A DNA stretch of 64,000 nucleotides from Eledone cirrhosa (GCA_964016885.1 OZ024743.1:77562001-77626000); one strand, 5' to 3'; counted from the stretch's first letter, positions 9,648 to 22,359 are shown. The notes: generated by a model not told the origin, from the letters alone. A program made the numbers and translations.

Positions 9648-12071
9648 TCCTTGAATCTCAGTCATTGATGTTGGTTAACTGGAAAGTCCGTTGGATTGAA
9701 TATCAAGCCACTACCTGCAGCCTCAGATATTCAGGACGTATCGGAGGGTTCTTGCTGTTCCAAGCAAGCATGCCTTTTGAAGCGTTCCAAAAAGCGTGAA
9801 GGGGCCGATTTTCTTTAACCATCCCTGGAAACTTTTGGAGATAGTCCCCAGTGCGCCTATGACAATCGGGATCACTTTGACTTCATGGCAGTTCCAAATC
9901 CTTTTCACCTCCCACTTTAGGTCCTGGTATCGGTTAATTTTCTCCCTCTCCTTCTCTTGCACTCTCGTGTCGAACGGGCAGGCCACATCCACAATCAGGC
10001 ACGATCTTTTTTCTTTGTCCACAACCACCAGGTCAGGTCTATTGTGTTCCAGTTTTTTGTCCGTCTGTATCCTAAAATCCCATAGCACCTTCACCTGATT
10101 GTTCTCCATCACCGCCTCTGGCCTATGCTCATACCATTTCTCAGAATGTGGTAAATTGTTTACTTTGCACAGGTGCCAGTGGATCACCCTGCCCATCACA
10201 TCGTGTCTCCAGCCCTTATAGTGGGTCTGGGCTAGGTGTTTACACTCGGACACAATGTGAGCCACAGTCTCCTCTCTCTCTCCACAGATCCTGCACAGTG
10301 GGCTAGCCTCCTCCTTGTAGATATGGTGCTTCAACCACTTCGTTTTGAGGGCCTGCTCCTGCGCAGCCATTAGCATTCCTTCTGTAGCCTTTTTGAGGTC
10401 TCCTCTTCTCAACCAGTTCCATGTCTGTGGATCACTAAATTCAGTTTTCTCAAAGAAGGTACTATGAAGGGATTTTCCCTTAAGGCTGCTCTTCCTCCTT
10501 GATGTTATTTCCTCCTTGGACATCCCCTGGCCTACTGTCCCCTCCTTCAGTACAGTTCTGAGCATTGGCTCCTTACTATAGGTCACGTATTTGTATAGGT
10601 TGTTTTTCTCCATCTGAACACAGTCCTCTATGCTGATAAGACCTCTTCCACCCTCAGATCTCCTTAGGTAGAGTCTATCGACATCACTCCTCTTGTGGAA
10701 CATGTTGTAGATAGTCAATAGCTTCCTAGTCTTCCTATCCATTTCTTTTTGTTCAGCAACATTCCATCTCAGAATTCCCGCACTGTACCTGATAATAGAC
10801 ACAGCTCGGGAATTTACTGCGCTTATGGCATTTCTGCTGTTCAGATGTGACTTCAATACGCTCCTTACTCTCCGAATGTATTCAGTTCTTAACAATTCCT
10901 TCATTTTTTTGTTCTTTATGCCATCAGCCTCCAGAACGCCCAAATACTTGTATCCTTCCTCAGAGTCAATTTCCTTTATCATCTCACCTGTTGGTATCTG
11001 GATCCCGTTACTTCTGCTCAACCTACCCCTCTTCATCACAATGACTCCACATTTACTAATACCAAACTGCATACATATATCACTGCTGAAAATACGGACA
11101 GTGTCAACAAGCACATCCAACTCCTTCTCACTTTTCCCGAAGAGCTTAAGATCGTCCATGAAGAGGAGGTGATTGATGGTAAGCTCTCCCCTTCCCAACT
11201 TGTATCCTGCTCTCACTTTTCGCAGCATAATGGTCAAGGGCATCAGGGCAAGGACAAACAACAGAGGGGACAGGCTATCTCCCTGGAAGATACCTCTCTT
11301 GATCTTCACGCTTCCCAAGGATACTCCAGTTGATGTCAACTCTGTCTCCCAGGACCCCATACTCCTGCCTAGCAACTGTCTGATGTTATCTGCCACCCTG
11401 AAGATCTCCAGGCTTTTGGTGATCCAGGAATGAGGCACCATGTCAAATGCCTTTCTGTAGTCTATCCATCCCATGGCAAGATCAGTGTGTCTCCTCCTGC
11501 AATTCCCCATTACCATCTTATCAATAAGCAACTGGTCCTTTGTACCACGTGACTTCTTTCGGCATCCTTTCTGTTCGTCCGGTAACAAGTTGTTTGTGTG
11601 GAGGTGATGGTAGATTTCCTCAGACACAATGCTCGTCAACAGTTTCCACATTACGGACAGACATGTGATAGGTCTATAGTTGGTAACATCATTACCCTTG
11701 ATTCGGTCTTTCATTATCAGAACTGTGGTACCTTTTGTCAACCACTCTGGCACCTCACCCGACACCAAGCAGTCATTGAACATGGCCGTCAGCTTCGGGT
11801 GGAGGGATGTTAAATGTTTAATCCAATACCCCTGCACACCATCTGGGCCTGGTGATTTCCAGTTGGTTAGTTTTTTGGCCTGCCCCTTAAGAGTTTCAAC
11901 TGTGATACTCAAATCAGTCTGTTGCTGTGCCTGCTCACCGATCTCCCTCTGTACTGTCTCAATCCACCCTGCCTGGGCATTGTGTCTAACATCCTGCTCC
12001 CATATTCCTCTCCAGAATGTTTTAGTTTGTTCCGCCCCAGGGATCAAGTCGTTGCCTCTTTCTTTCCCCTC
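9648..12071 (-). mobile_element. R4/Dong-clade non-LTR retrotransposon, 5'-truncated, flanked on both sides by (TAA)n
   Basis: Uninterrupted RT plus CCHC plus restriction-like endonuclease; short 3'UTR, then (AAT)n. Confidence 0.9.
9723..12047 (-). CDS. Reverse transcriptase + zinc knuckle + RLE endonuclease (R4/Dong), N-terminally truncated, no ATG start
   Basis: KSPGPDG, YRPITCL, DYRKAFDMV, IFQGDSLSP, FMDD, CRICGEREETVAHIVSEC, RHD, RPDLVVVDK..IVDVACPFD..EK..RY, LQKACLLGTA. Confidence 0.9.
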   Translation of the reverse strand: MIPGAEQTKTFWRGIWEQDVRHNAQAGWIETVQREIGEQAQQQTDLSITVETLKGQAKKLTNWKSPGPDGVQGYWIKHLTSLHPKLTAMFNDCLVSGEVPEWLTKGTTVLIMKDRIKGNDVTNYRPITCLSVMWKLLTSIVSEEIYHHLHTNNLLPDEQKGCRKKSRGTKDQLLIDKMVMGNCRRRHTDLAMGWIDYRKAFDMVPHSWITKSLEIFRVADNIRQLLGRSMGSWETELTSTGVSLGSVKIKRGIFQGDSLSPLLFVLALMPLTIMLRKVRAGYKLGRGELTINHLLFMDDLKLFGKSEKELDVLVDTVRIFSSDICMQFGISKCGVIVMKRGRLSRSNGIQIPTGEMIKEIDSEEGYKYLGVLEADGIKNKKMKELLRTEYIRRVRSVLKSHLNSRNAISAVNSRAVSIIRYSAGILRWNVAEQKEMDRKTRKLLTIYNMFHKRSDVDRLYLRRSEGGRGLISIEDCVQMEKNNLYKYVTYSKEPMLRTVLKEGTVGQGMSKEEITSRRKSSLKGKSLHSTFFEKTEFSDPQTWNWLRRGDLKKATEGMLMAAQEQALKTKWLKHHIYKEEASPLCRICGEREETVAHIVSECKHLAQTHYKGWRHDVMGRVIHWHLCKVNNLPHSEKWYEHRPEAVMENNQVKVLWDFRIQTDKKLEHNRPDLVVVDKEKRSCLIVDVACPFDTRVQEKEREKINRYQDLKWEVKRIWNCHEVKVIPIVIGALGTISKSFQGWLKKIGPFTLFGTLQKACLLGTARTLRYVLNI

Positions 12072-12186
<115 letters not shown>

Positions 12187-12620
12187 CTCTTCGGTAATGC
12201 CTTCATTAACTTTTTCAGGTTTCGCCTAAAAAGGAAAATAAGGGTGGAGAGGGAAGTGCTACCTTCCAGCCAGTTTGTTTAAAGGTGAGTAAGCGATGTA
12301 TGAATGGCTCTTGTGAATGGGCCTACCCTGAGCGTGTGCCTGTAGCAGCGTAGGAGGAAAACTGGAATAGGGTACTTGCCCTAGCGGTCAGGGTAACCGT
12401 GGCTTTTTCGTGGGCTTTCTCCACGAGCGACCCTCGGAAGTCTCCCCCCCCTATTGGGGAATTGTTTCCTTGTTTCTTTTTTGTTACATCCTCTGTTTTT
12501 TTTTTACACGCAGAAATGCCCATTTGTACCGCCCTGTATTGTCCTGTGTTATCCTTAATGTTATACTTTGTGTCAACCCTCGTGGTGAATAAAGAAATCA
12601 TTATTATTATTATTATTATT
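12187..12620 (+). mobile_element. Tx1/L1-like LINE 3' stub (diverged), (TTA)n tail
   Basis: LFGNAFINFFRFRLKRKIRVEREVL matches the ORF2 end at ~9140-9220; same 3'UTR layout. Confidence 0.88.
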
Positions 12621-12683
12621 GTCGTTATTGTTGTAATTATGTTTTCTTTTTGTGCAATGGCCATACTCGATAACGAGGGGGCA

Positions 12684-12764
<81 letters not shown>

Positions 12765-12941
12765 ATGTAGGAGGTGAGTTTTATTGTAGTACAATAAAGC
12801 AATGCAGATATCGGATAAGTAGCACTCTACAGTTTGTAGGACTGGAGTATAAATAATATATAAGATCAACATGATATGTTGATTTAAAACTTAGACATGG
12901 CCTGGGTCAATACTGGCCGAAACCTATCAAAGTTATCAAAG

Positions 12942-12985
<44 letters not shown>

Positions 12986-13116
12986 GTGAGGTTTTTTTTA
13001 CAAAATGAAAAATAACCGAGGTGTCATACACGAGTGAAAGTATAAAGAAAAAGAGATGAAATCGAAAATGCAACTGGAGTCTTATTTTTAAAAAAAATAT
13101 ATATATTTATTTGGTT

Positions 13117-13154
13117 CCTTTACCGGTTTCGCAGTTCTTCTGCTTTTCAAAAGG
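13117..13154 (-). ncRNA. Minimal hammerhead-like fold with variant core UUGAAAA
   Basis: CCUU-UUGAAAA-GCAG-aagaa-CUGC-GAAA-CCGG-UA-AAGG; all three stems intact and ACCGGU palindromic; more decayed copy at 49362-49399. Confidence 0.5.
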
Positions 13155-13548
13155 TGAGTTGAGATGTAGGGTCTGTGGTTTTTCTCACATCTAGTTGGTC
13201 TCTGAATGTTACTTGTTTTATATGGAAAAAGTGGCTCGAAATGCCAGGTTTTTCGAGAAGTAATTTGATTGGTTTGTCAATAATTATAATAAATTTCGCG
13301 CCAGTTCGCGTTACAATTGTTCTTCAAATAAGAGGGGGGAGGGGGGTTGTCACAGGTTGTTTTTTCATATATGAGTGTTTGAATTTCTTTTTACTTGAAA
13401 AAAGGAGGCTCACGAAGGCTTTTTTTTGGTTGATTATAAATGAAATTATGGCTGTCACGTGAACAAATTTTCATTAAATTTTTGTGCCCATATTTGGAAA
13501 TCCATTCTGTAGCCTTTTTAGAGAATTTTTTGATAAGTAAAAGATAAT

Positions 13549-13734
13549 TGTTTCTACTTTTGGCACAAGGCCAGCAATTACTCAGTACATTACTGGTACT
13601 TTATTTTATCGACCCCGTAAGGATGAAAGGCAAAGTTAACCTCGGCGGGATTTGAACTCAGAATGGCAAGGGCCGTAACTCTATGCGTCAAAGCATGGCG
13701 TCCAACCCTCTACCGATACTGCCAATTCACCGCC
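13549..13734 (-). mobile_element. Full-length tRNA-derived SINE with 20-bp target-site duplication
   Basis: TSD tttgataagtaaaagataat at 13529-13548 and 13735-13754; 5' ggcggtgaattggcagtatcgg (A box), gagttcaaatcc (B box); empty site in paralogs at ~49797 and ~50157. Confidence 0.93.
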
Positions 13735-13825
13735 TTTGATAAGTAAAAGATAATGGTCAAGAGAAAGGGATGGGAGAATTGTTCTGGTTCAGTGAATATG
13801 GTTAGTTCGCTGGGGTGTCAGAATT

Positions 13826-16800
13826 CACATACCCCCTTCTACAGATTTCAGAGACTGGCACATACCCCCTTCTAAAGATACCAGAGACTGACACATACCC
13901 CCTTCTACAGATACCAGAGACTGACACATACCCCCTTCTACAGATACCAGAGACTGACACATACCCCCTTCTACAGATACCAGAGACTGACACATACCGC
14001 CTTCTACAGATACCAGAGACTGGTACATACCCCCTTCTACAGATACCTGAGACTGACACATACCCTTTTCCACAGATACGAGAGACTGGCACATACCCCA
14101 TTCTAAAGATACCAGAGACTGGCACATACCCCCTTCTAAAGATACCAGAGACTGACACATACCTCCTTCTACAGATACCTGAGACTGACACATACCCCCT
14201 TCCACATATACCAGAGACTGGCACATACCCCCTTCTACAAATACCAGAGACTGACACATACCCCCTTCTACATATACCAGAGACTGGCACATACACCCTT
14301 CTACAGATACCAGAGACTGGCACATAGCCCCTTCTACAGATACCAGGGACTGGCACATACACCATTCTACAGATAACAAAGACTGGCACATACCCCCTTC
14401 TACAGATACCAGAGACTGGCACATAGCCCCTTCTACAGATACCAGGGACTGGCACATAGCACCCCTTCTACAGATAACAAAGACTGGCACATACCCCCTT
14501 CTACAGATATCAGAGACTGGCACATAGCCCCTTCTACAGATACCAGGGACTGGCACATAGCACCCCTTCTACAGATAACAAAGACTGGCACATACCCCCT
14601 TCTACAGATATCAGAGACTGGCACATAGCCCCTTCTACAGATACCAGGGACTGGCACATAGCACCTCTTCTACAGATAACAAAGACTGGCACATACCCCC
14701 TTCTACAGATACCAGAGACTGGCACATAGCCCCTTCTACAGATACCAGGGACTGGCACATAGCACCCCTTCTACAGATAACAAAGACTGGCACATACCCC
14801 CTTCTACAGATACCAGAGACTGGCACATAGCCCCTTCTACAGATACCAGGGACTGGCACATAGCACCCCTTCTACAGATAACAAAGACTGGCACATACCC
14901 CCTTCTACAGATACCAGAGACTAGCACATAGCCCCTTCTACAGATACCAGGGACTGGCACATAGCACCCCTTCTACAGATAACAAAGACTGGCACATACC
15001 CCCTTCTACAGATATCAGAGACTGGCACATACCCCCTTCTACAGCTACCAGAGACTGGCACATACCCCCTTCTACAGATACTACAGACTGGCACATAGCC
15101 CCCCCCCCCCCCTTTTACAGATACCAAAGACTCGCACATACCCCCTTCTAAAGATACCAGAAACTGGCACATACCCCCTTCTAAAGATACCAGAGACTGA
15201 CACATACCCCCTTCTACAGATACCTGAGACTGACACATACCCCCTTCCACAGATACCAGAGACTGGCACATACCCCCTTCTACATATACCAGAGACTGAC
15301 ACATACCCTCTTCTACATATACCAGAGACTGGCACATACCCCCTTCTACAGATACCAGAGACTGGCACATACCCCCTTCTACAGATACCAGGGACTGGCA
15401 CATAGCACCCCTTCTACAGATAACAAAGACTGGCACATACCCCCTTCTACAGATATCAGAGACTGGCACATACCCCTTCTACAGATACTACAGACTGGCA
15501 CATAGCCCCCCCTTCTACAGATACCAAAGACTCGCACATACCCCCCTTCTACAGATACCAGAGACTGACACATACCCCCTTCTACAGATACCAGAGACTG
15601 GTACATATCCCCTTCTACAGATACCTGAGACTGACACATACCCCCTTCCACAGATACCAGAGACTGACACATACCACCTTCTACAGATACCAGAGACTGG
15701 CACATACCCCCTTCTACAGATACCAGAGATTGACACATACCCCCTTCTACAGACACCAGAGACTGACACATACCCCCTTCTACATATACCAGAGACTGGC
15801 ACATACCCCCTTCTACAGATACCAGAGACTGGCACATACCCCCTTCTACAGATACCAGAGACTGCACATACCCCCTTCTACAGACACCAGAGACTGACAC
15901 ATACCCCCTTCTACATATACCAGAGACTGGCACATACCCCCTTCTACATATACCAGAGACTGACACATACCCCCTTCTACATATACCAGAGACTGGCACA
16001 TACCCCCTTCTACAGATACCAGAGACTGGCACATACCCCCTTCTACAGATACCAGGGACTGGCACATAGCACCCCTTCTACAGATAACAAAGACTGGCAC
16101 ATACCCCCTTCTACAGATATCAGAGACTGGCACATACCCCTTCTACAGATACTACAGACTGGCACATAGCCCCCCCCTTCTACAGATACCAAAGACTCGC
16201 ACATACCCCCCTTCTACAGATACCAGAGACTGACACATACCCCCTTCTACAGATACCAGAGACTGGTACATATCCCCTTCTACAGATACCTGAGACTGAC
16301 ACATACCACCTTCTACAGATACCAGAGACTGGCACATACCCCCTTCTACAGATACCAGAGATTGACACATACCCCCTTCTACAGACACCAGAGACTGACA
16401 CATACCCCCTTCTACATATACCAGAGACTGGCACATACCCCCTTCTACAGATACCAGAGACTGGCACATACCCCCTTCTACAGATACCAGAGACTGCACA
16501 TACCCCCTTCTACAGACACCAGAGACTGACACATACCCCCTTCTACATATACCAGAGACTGGCACATACCCCCTTCTACAGATACCAGAGACTGGCACAT
16601 ACCCCCTTCTACAGATACCAGAGACTGCACATACCCCCTTCTACAGACACCAGAGATTGACACATACCCCCTTCTACAGATACCAGAGACTGGCACATAC
16701 CCCCTTCTACAGATACCAGAGACTGACACATACCCCCTTCTACAGACACCAGAGACTGACACATACCCCCTTCTACAGATACCAGAGACTGGCACATACC

Positions 16801-17060
16801 CCCTTCTACAGATACCAGAGACTGACACATACCCCCTTCTACAGATACCAGAGACTGGCACATAACTCCTACAGAAACCAGAGACTGGCACATACCCCCT
16901 TTTACAGATACTACAGACTGGCAGATAACCCCTTCTACAGGTACCAGAGACTGGCACATACCCGCTTCTACAAATACCAGAGACTGGCACATACCCCCTT
17001 CTACAGATACCACATACTGGCACATAGCTCCCCTCTTCTACAGATACCACAGACTGTCAT
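13826..17060. repeat. 33-bp minisatellite (~95 copies) with higher-order blocks
   Basis: Unit cacatacccccttctacagataccagagactgg; 101-bp three-monomer period at ~14400-15000; ~660-bp block duplication (ORF starts 15469 and 16133). Confidence 0.95.
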
Positions 17061-17364
17061 ACTATCAGCACTACCCCATGTATCAGACATGGCCACACAA
17101 TTCTTTTGACCGAACACACACACACACACACATAACTCCATCAAGCCACCACTACACTTAGTGAACATTCTTTTGCGTACTTCAGCTCCCCTCCCTCCTC
17201 TTCCCATTACTGTTAATTTTCATTTTTTTAATTTTGTTTGATATTATTATCTTGAGAGAAGGTACCAGCATACTCTTTTGTTGCTAGTAGCTAGTTCAAA
17301 TTACTTGGCAATGTGTGTCATATTGAATGAATAGAAACACACACACACACATACGTGTACACCA

Positions 17365-18660
17365 GGTCGGAACAGAGAGGAGCCGAACTCCATCTCTCTC
17401 TCTATTATGCGCAAATGGGGTCCCACTGACTGGCCGCCCCACGGTCCCGGCGGACAGAATGAAAAAGGCGTTTCCTCTGAGGATAGTGAGAGAGATGCGC
17501 TGGAAGAGCCATTCCATCTCGTGAGGCTCACACTTGCGGCTAGCCTGCTCAGCGCCTATGGTGGTAAGTAAGGAGGTAGCCCTAGGGCCAAGGACACCAG
17601 ACGTCGCCACTGCTAGGGGTTCAACTGCAAACCTGTCGGAGAGCAACCGGTACTTGGAGAGTTTACCCTCCTCAGCCTCAAGTGCAGCAGAGCTTGAGTT
17701 AGTCGCAGACTGCACCAGGTTGCCGCTGAAGAATGTCTCGCTGCATGTAGCGTCCCAAACGAGGGGTTTACCACCGCGGAACGGGAGGATGGTCATGCCG
17801 TCTGGCCTTTTGCCGTCTCCGCTGTGCAGCCCTACCGGCTCGAGCTGAGAGGGGAAGGTGACCGGCACTGTAGCGACAGGACAGCGGGTGGAGGCCGACA
17901 TGGCGTGGAAGGCGGCCGGCACTTTGGGGACAGGACAGCGGGTGGAGGCCGAAAGAGTCTACGGTGGATCCGCAGCGACATTTGTGTGGCTCGCAGATCC
18001 GGAGGTCAAACCCCAGGGAAACCCCGATGCACAGGCTATCATTGTCCAGCTGCGTGCCTGTGGAGAAGGAGGGTAAGGCATAGAGCCAGGCACCGCTGTA
18101 GGTTGTGAGGCTGAGCGATAACAAGAAAGGCGGTGCTGGTCGTGCTGGGGTGCTAGCCTGTCTGAGGCTAGGTTTCACTGGATGGTATCCCAAATACTCG
18201 GGAGGCGGGGAGGACATGATATCAACACGGGAAGAAGGAGAAGGACAGTCTCATGGGCTGAGTCCAAGCCAGTTTCACGTCTCACAGGTGGCCTCACGAT
18301 CCTCAATCACAGTGGGTTCCATTGTGTTTTGGAGAACCTTGTTGATGAGGACGCGGCATTAGGTTACCGACGACAGAAACGCTGGCAAAGCCAGTGAGAC
18401 CGGAAACCGGAGGCCACCATTTCTAACAGGTAAGGTGGCCTGTTGCCATCCAAGGTCGTCAAACCGGACCCTGTAAATCTCCTCAGCTGCTCTCGGATAC
18501 AAGTGTCGAGGTCAGCAAGGAGAGATGGGTGGTTGTAGCAAGGAGCGCTACGCGGAGTGTAGAGGAACTTCGGCATGGCGAAGCAGTACCTCAACAAGAA
18601 GAAGGCTGGGTGGGCGTCAATCATGCCCAGTCTGCTCGTGAGGGTCTTGAGCTACTGAAG
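17365..18660 (-). mobile_element. CRE-clade-like non-LTR retrotransposon 3' fragment (RLE type), degenerate
   Basis: Frameshifted peptides AFFLLRYC..PKFLY, SGAWLYALP, CRCG..D..G.HPLSC, GKRPDGMTILPF..GKPLVWDATC, AEEGKLSKY, WLFQRISL..LRGNA. Confidence 0.8.
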
Positions 18661-19001
18661 CCTAGATGTGTGTGTGTGTATCTGATAAATATTTACGTGA
18701 AGATGTGTGTGTATGTAACTTACTAAAGCCTAGTGTACGTAACGAACGCGCAAACACACACACACTCATACAAAATGTGACGTCGTGGACATGTTATAAA
18801 ACGTTCGTTTACTTATAGGTGACTATACTAAATTATTTTAGATAAAATGTTATATTGTTTTAATCCAAATGAATATAAAAATTACATGTTGTTAATCCCC
18901 GGGTCTAATACTTATTACCATGCAAAATTTGATTTGATTTGAGCAGTTTGAGAATGCACAAGGAAAAGACAGACAGAGAGACAAAGAATTGTATATATAT
19001 A

Positions 19002-19029
19002 CTAGACCACATGTGACCCGTTGGGTCAC
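19002..19029 (-). mobile_element. Helitron 3' terminus (hairpin + CTAG|T)
   Basis: Minus strand: GTGACCC-aac-GGGTCAC-atgtggt-CTAG-T; directly abuts a Helitron-like 5' end (...acagacagagagac...gtatatatat) at ~18900-19000. Confidence 0.7.
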
Positions 19030-19640
19030 TTTCACTTTAAAATATTATTTTAAAATCATGTTCACTTAAAAATAATTTTTAAATAATTAAAATATACACA
19101 GACATGTAGATATTGTGAAATGAAAGTAGAAGGCCCATATATATATACGTGTGTGTATGTATATATATAAATGTGTGTGTTTGTATATATATATATTGTA
19201 TTATGTATGTCATTAACATACACTACGTATCACCTAATACCACTTCTACTCTTCAATCCTCTATATCTATATTTATAACCAGGTATTCCCCACCAATCGT
19301 GTTATCTATAGTTAATTTGCTACACCTTGATCTGTATTTTATTTCTTCTGTATTTTGATTTCTTCGATATGTTCTTATTTACTTCCATTTTTACTCCCAC
19401 AATTACCACCCTGGGTATGACAGCATTCTAGTCATTTTATTCTCCTTATATACTTATGTTTGTACTCATCTGTTACCTAAAATTAGCACACGAGACTAGA
19501 ATATTCGTTTCTGTACCCTTTATATCTGTTTATCTTTAATTACTCCCCCTACCCACACAGGACTTACACTGCATATAAATTCAAATAACCCGGACTAACT
19601 TGGGATTGAATATAGTCTTTTAGCTGATTTATAGTAATGA

Positions 19641-19980
19641 CTAGCAGAATGGCCGGGCGTTGCTCGGGATTCTAAACATAGATTGGCATGTTTATCCCTC
19701 TTCTCTGAAATAGTACAGGCATGACCTAAAAGCAGGACGAAATACACTAATACTAACAGGTAGAGTAATGAGTAAATTCGTCAGTGATGCATGTGATTTC
19801 CCAACCGTTGACGATGTAATTACTGGCCTTGTGCCAAAAGTAGTGGGACTTTTTGGGTGGCATATCGTCAGGAACAATGACGATAGCCCGCCTGTGCTTT
19901 CGTGAAATAAATACGTTTGTTTATATTTTGTTTTTGTGTATGCAAAAATATCTGTACACGAATATTTATATATATATATA
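19641..19980 (-). mobile_element. Non-autonomous Helitron family H2 (CTAG ends also at 25580, 31548, 35869, 41797, 45403)
   Basis: Minus strand 3' end cccgagc-aac-gcccgg-ccattctg-CTAG-T; other end merges into (TA)n; carries a captured SINE piece (ctacttttggcacaaggccag). Confidence 0.65.
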
Positions 19981-20024
19981 TTTCCGGTCCAGACCCATGC
20001 TAGCGTGGAAGATGGACGTTAAAC

Positions 20025-20096
<72 letters not shown>

Positions 20097-20418
20097 GTGT
20101 ACATATTTATATTTAAGTAACAGCCGTACTAAGAGTGGGAAATGAAATTTCGTTTCATTTTTTCAGTTATATATATATAATATTAAGGATACTATTTATG
20201 GTTATGTATATACTAACACTTTTTATAGTTATGTATATTTTAAACCCTAAACAGTGAAGGTCAGTATTTTATTACTACCTTATTACCAGTAAGATAAATA
20301 GCTCAATGTAATAATATCAGTTGTTCTACAGGGCACTTATATAGAATATAGCCATAATGCAATACCTAGCAACCAGACTTCTACACAACATAATAACCGG
20401 CAGGTTAACATCTAAAAT

Positions 20419-20800
20419 AATTGTAATTGTAGATCTAATAGAACCTGCCCTTTAGATAAAAAACTGCTTAATCAAGGACATCATATACTCATGCACCGTC
20501 ATAACTAGCAACTCTTCTGAAACCTATATAGGCTCTACTTCGAACTGCTTCAAAACCAGATACAATTCACACCTCCATACTTTAAAAAAAAACACAGTTT
20601 AGCCAACTCCACTTCACTATCTAGCTACATACACTATCTAAAAACTAGAAATAGATCTTATACACTTAAATGGGAAGTGATAGATAAGGCGGCATCGTAC
20701 AAATCACCTAATAAATTCTGTAACCTCTGTCTACTAGAGACCCATACTATAATCTTGTCAAATATAACCTCCTTAATAAAAAACCGGCACTCCTTCCAAA
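20419..20800 (+). pseudogene. Second PLE GIY-YIG endonuclease remnant (Naiad-like)
   Basis: Manual translation across frameshifts: NCNCRSNRTCPLD..CL..DIIYSCTV..ETYIGSTSNCFKTRYNSH..STSLSSYIHYLK..YTLKWEVIDKA..Y..FCNLCLLE. Confidence 0.85.
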
Positions 20801-22312
20801 ACTTTAAACCCAATATATAACAATGTCAGACTTGAACCCATCACCACTTCTAACACCACACCCCAAGGGCACACCTTACACCACAACTCCACAGTCTCTG
20901 AGCCACCCTATCTCGACACAAATCATTCCATCTATCTATAACTTTATACCCTAGAAATATCCCCATAAACACCTACTTTTAGTATAATTACTTTCAATTA
21001 CTTAGAATTATATAGTGATACAATACAGTCTATATAAGCTTTAAATACCAGATTCGACAATGAATTATATATGCAATTGTATTTATATGTATGGAGTGAT
21101 AACATTGGATATATATAAGATTAATTTATTAACATAAGAGATCTGTCTAACTTATATGTTGAGTGCAATGAATTATGTATGAATAGTATGTGAGTTATAT
21201 ATGCAAGTATAACTTGATGGATAGATTAATGACATTGTAAATGAGGGATGTATTTGTCTGCCCTAGAGATGTATTTGGCTTTGCCATGCAAACAACCATA
21301 CGCTGCTCCAGAACTTACCAGGGGTTATGTAGACATAATTCTAATAGGTCCCCTGACATGTTCTGAGAGTAAACTACATTTGCAGTGAACTTTGATATAA
21401 AGATATGGCTCTTTGTATGGAGTATTCAGTTATAGCACTGTATGATAGGGAGTAATCATCCTAATATAGATACCTTTAGTACATCATGATAGAGTAGACT
21501 GTATTTAAAATTGGAAACTTGATATAAATATATAACCGTCTATATAAGGGACTCAATTGAGGCGCCTTATAATGTTAGAACAATGAATTTAGTCATGGAA
21601 ATCAGCTAGTTACCTCCCCTTACGCATTAACTCCCCTTAATTACACACATACTTCCGGATAATAAACCGCTGTAAATTCTCGCAGCAGAATCAACCTATT
21701 CTATAAATTTGGATTAAATAACACTGAACCGCAAAAAGCTAAAATAATTTAATTCAATGCATCTAACATCCAATACGGAATGTTCGTTACTTATGTGATG
21801 GATGTAAATACTATTTATTACTTTTCCTGAATGTGAAAATGGTGGTGGATACGAAAACCATAACTTTCTTTTGCTTCTCCTTTTTATTTTTATTTTCCTG
21901 CACACATACTTTTTTTTATTATATACAAAAAATACCTTACCACTACAACCACCATAATACTCTTACTTACCCGATTAAAGTGCTTGTATTACATGTAACA
22001 CCCTGCCACACAATAATCATATATAAATGAGACACACTTGCATGCCCCACGTGTAACTAACGCATACACTAACTACTACATCTGACTAACAAACTATCCT
22101 CTTGCTTTATCTGTGTTAACTGCCGAATGTATTTTAATTTTGTTTTAATTTTGTTTTAATTTTAATTTTGATTTTGATTTTGAATTTGAATTGCTATACA
22201 GAAATAATATAGTATAATATATGTCACTCCACTGTACATCAATATATATATATGTATCTGTATGTCTCTTGCGTTGGAAAGGAGGTCAATTACGTGTACA
22301 AATATTGAAAAA

Positions 22313-22359
22313 TGCTCCGAAGAAACCAAGCCAAGGTTTGGATGAAACAATTGTAAGTG
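22313..22359 (+). ncRNA. Degenerate hammerhead-like fold (CCGAAGA core)
   Basis: UGCU-CCGAAGA-aaCCAAGC-caag-GUUUGGau-GAAA-CAAUUG-UA-AGUG; palindromic stem III, weak stem I. Confidence 0.4.

Larger units (their letters stand above)
12980..13826 (-). mobile_element. Non-coding PLE-like repeat (paralog at ~49225-49885) with degenerate hammerhead
   Basis: High similarity to 49226 onward; both copies start at a (TA)n tract. Confidence 0.6.

Noticed and set aside
12885-12935. ggcc...ggcc-gaaac motif resembling hammerhead stem II
   Set aside because: Core and stems I/III too degenerate
13802-17109. Long repetitive ORFs (GYVPVSGICRR, MCQSLVSVEGG, TYPLLQIPET) and CRISPR-like periodicity
   Set aside because: A 33-bp unit opens several frames on both strands, frames break at indels, and there are no unique spacers or cas genes
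20800-22300. Non-repeated AT-rich stretch as possible host exon(s)
   Set aside because: No convincing ORF, splice-site pair or domain; cannot be excluded without RNA-seq
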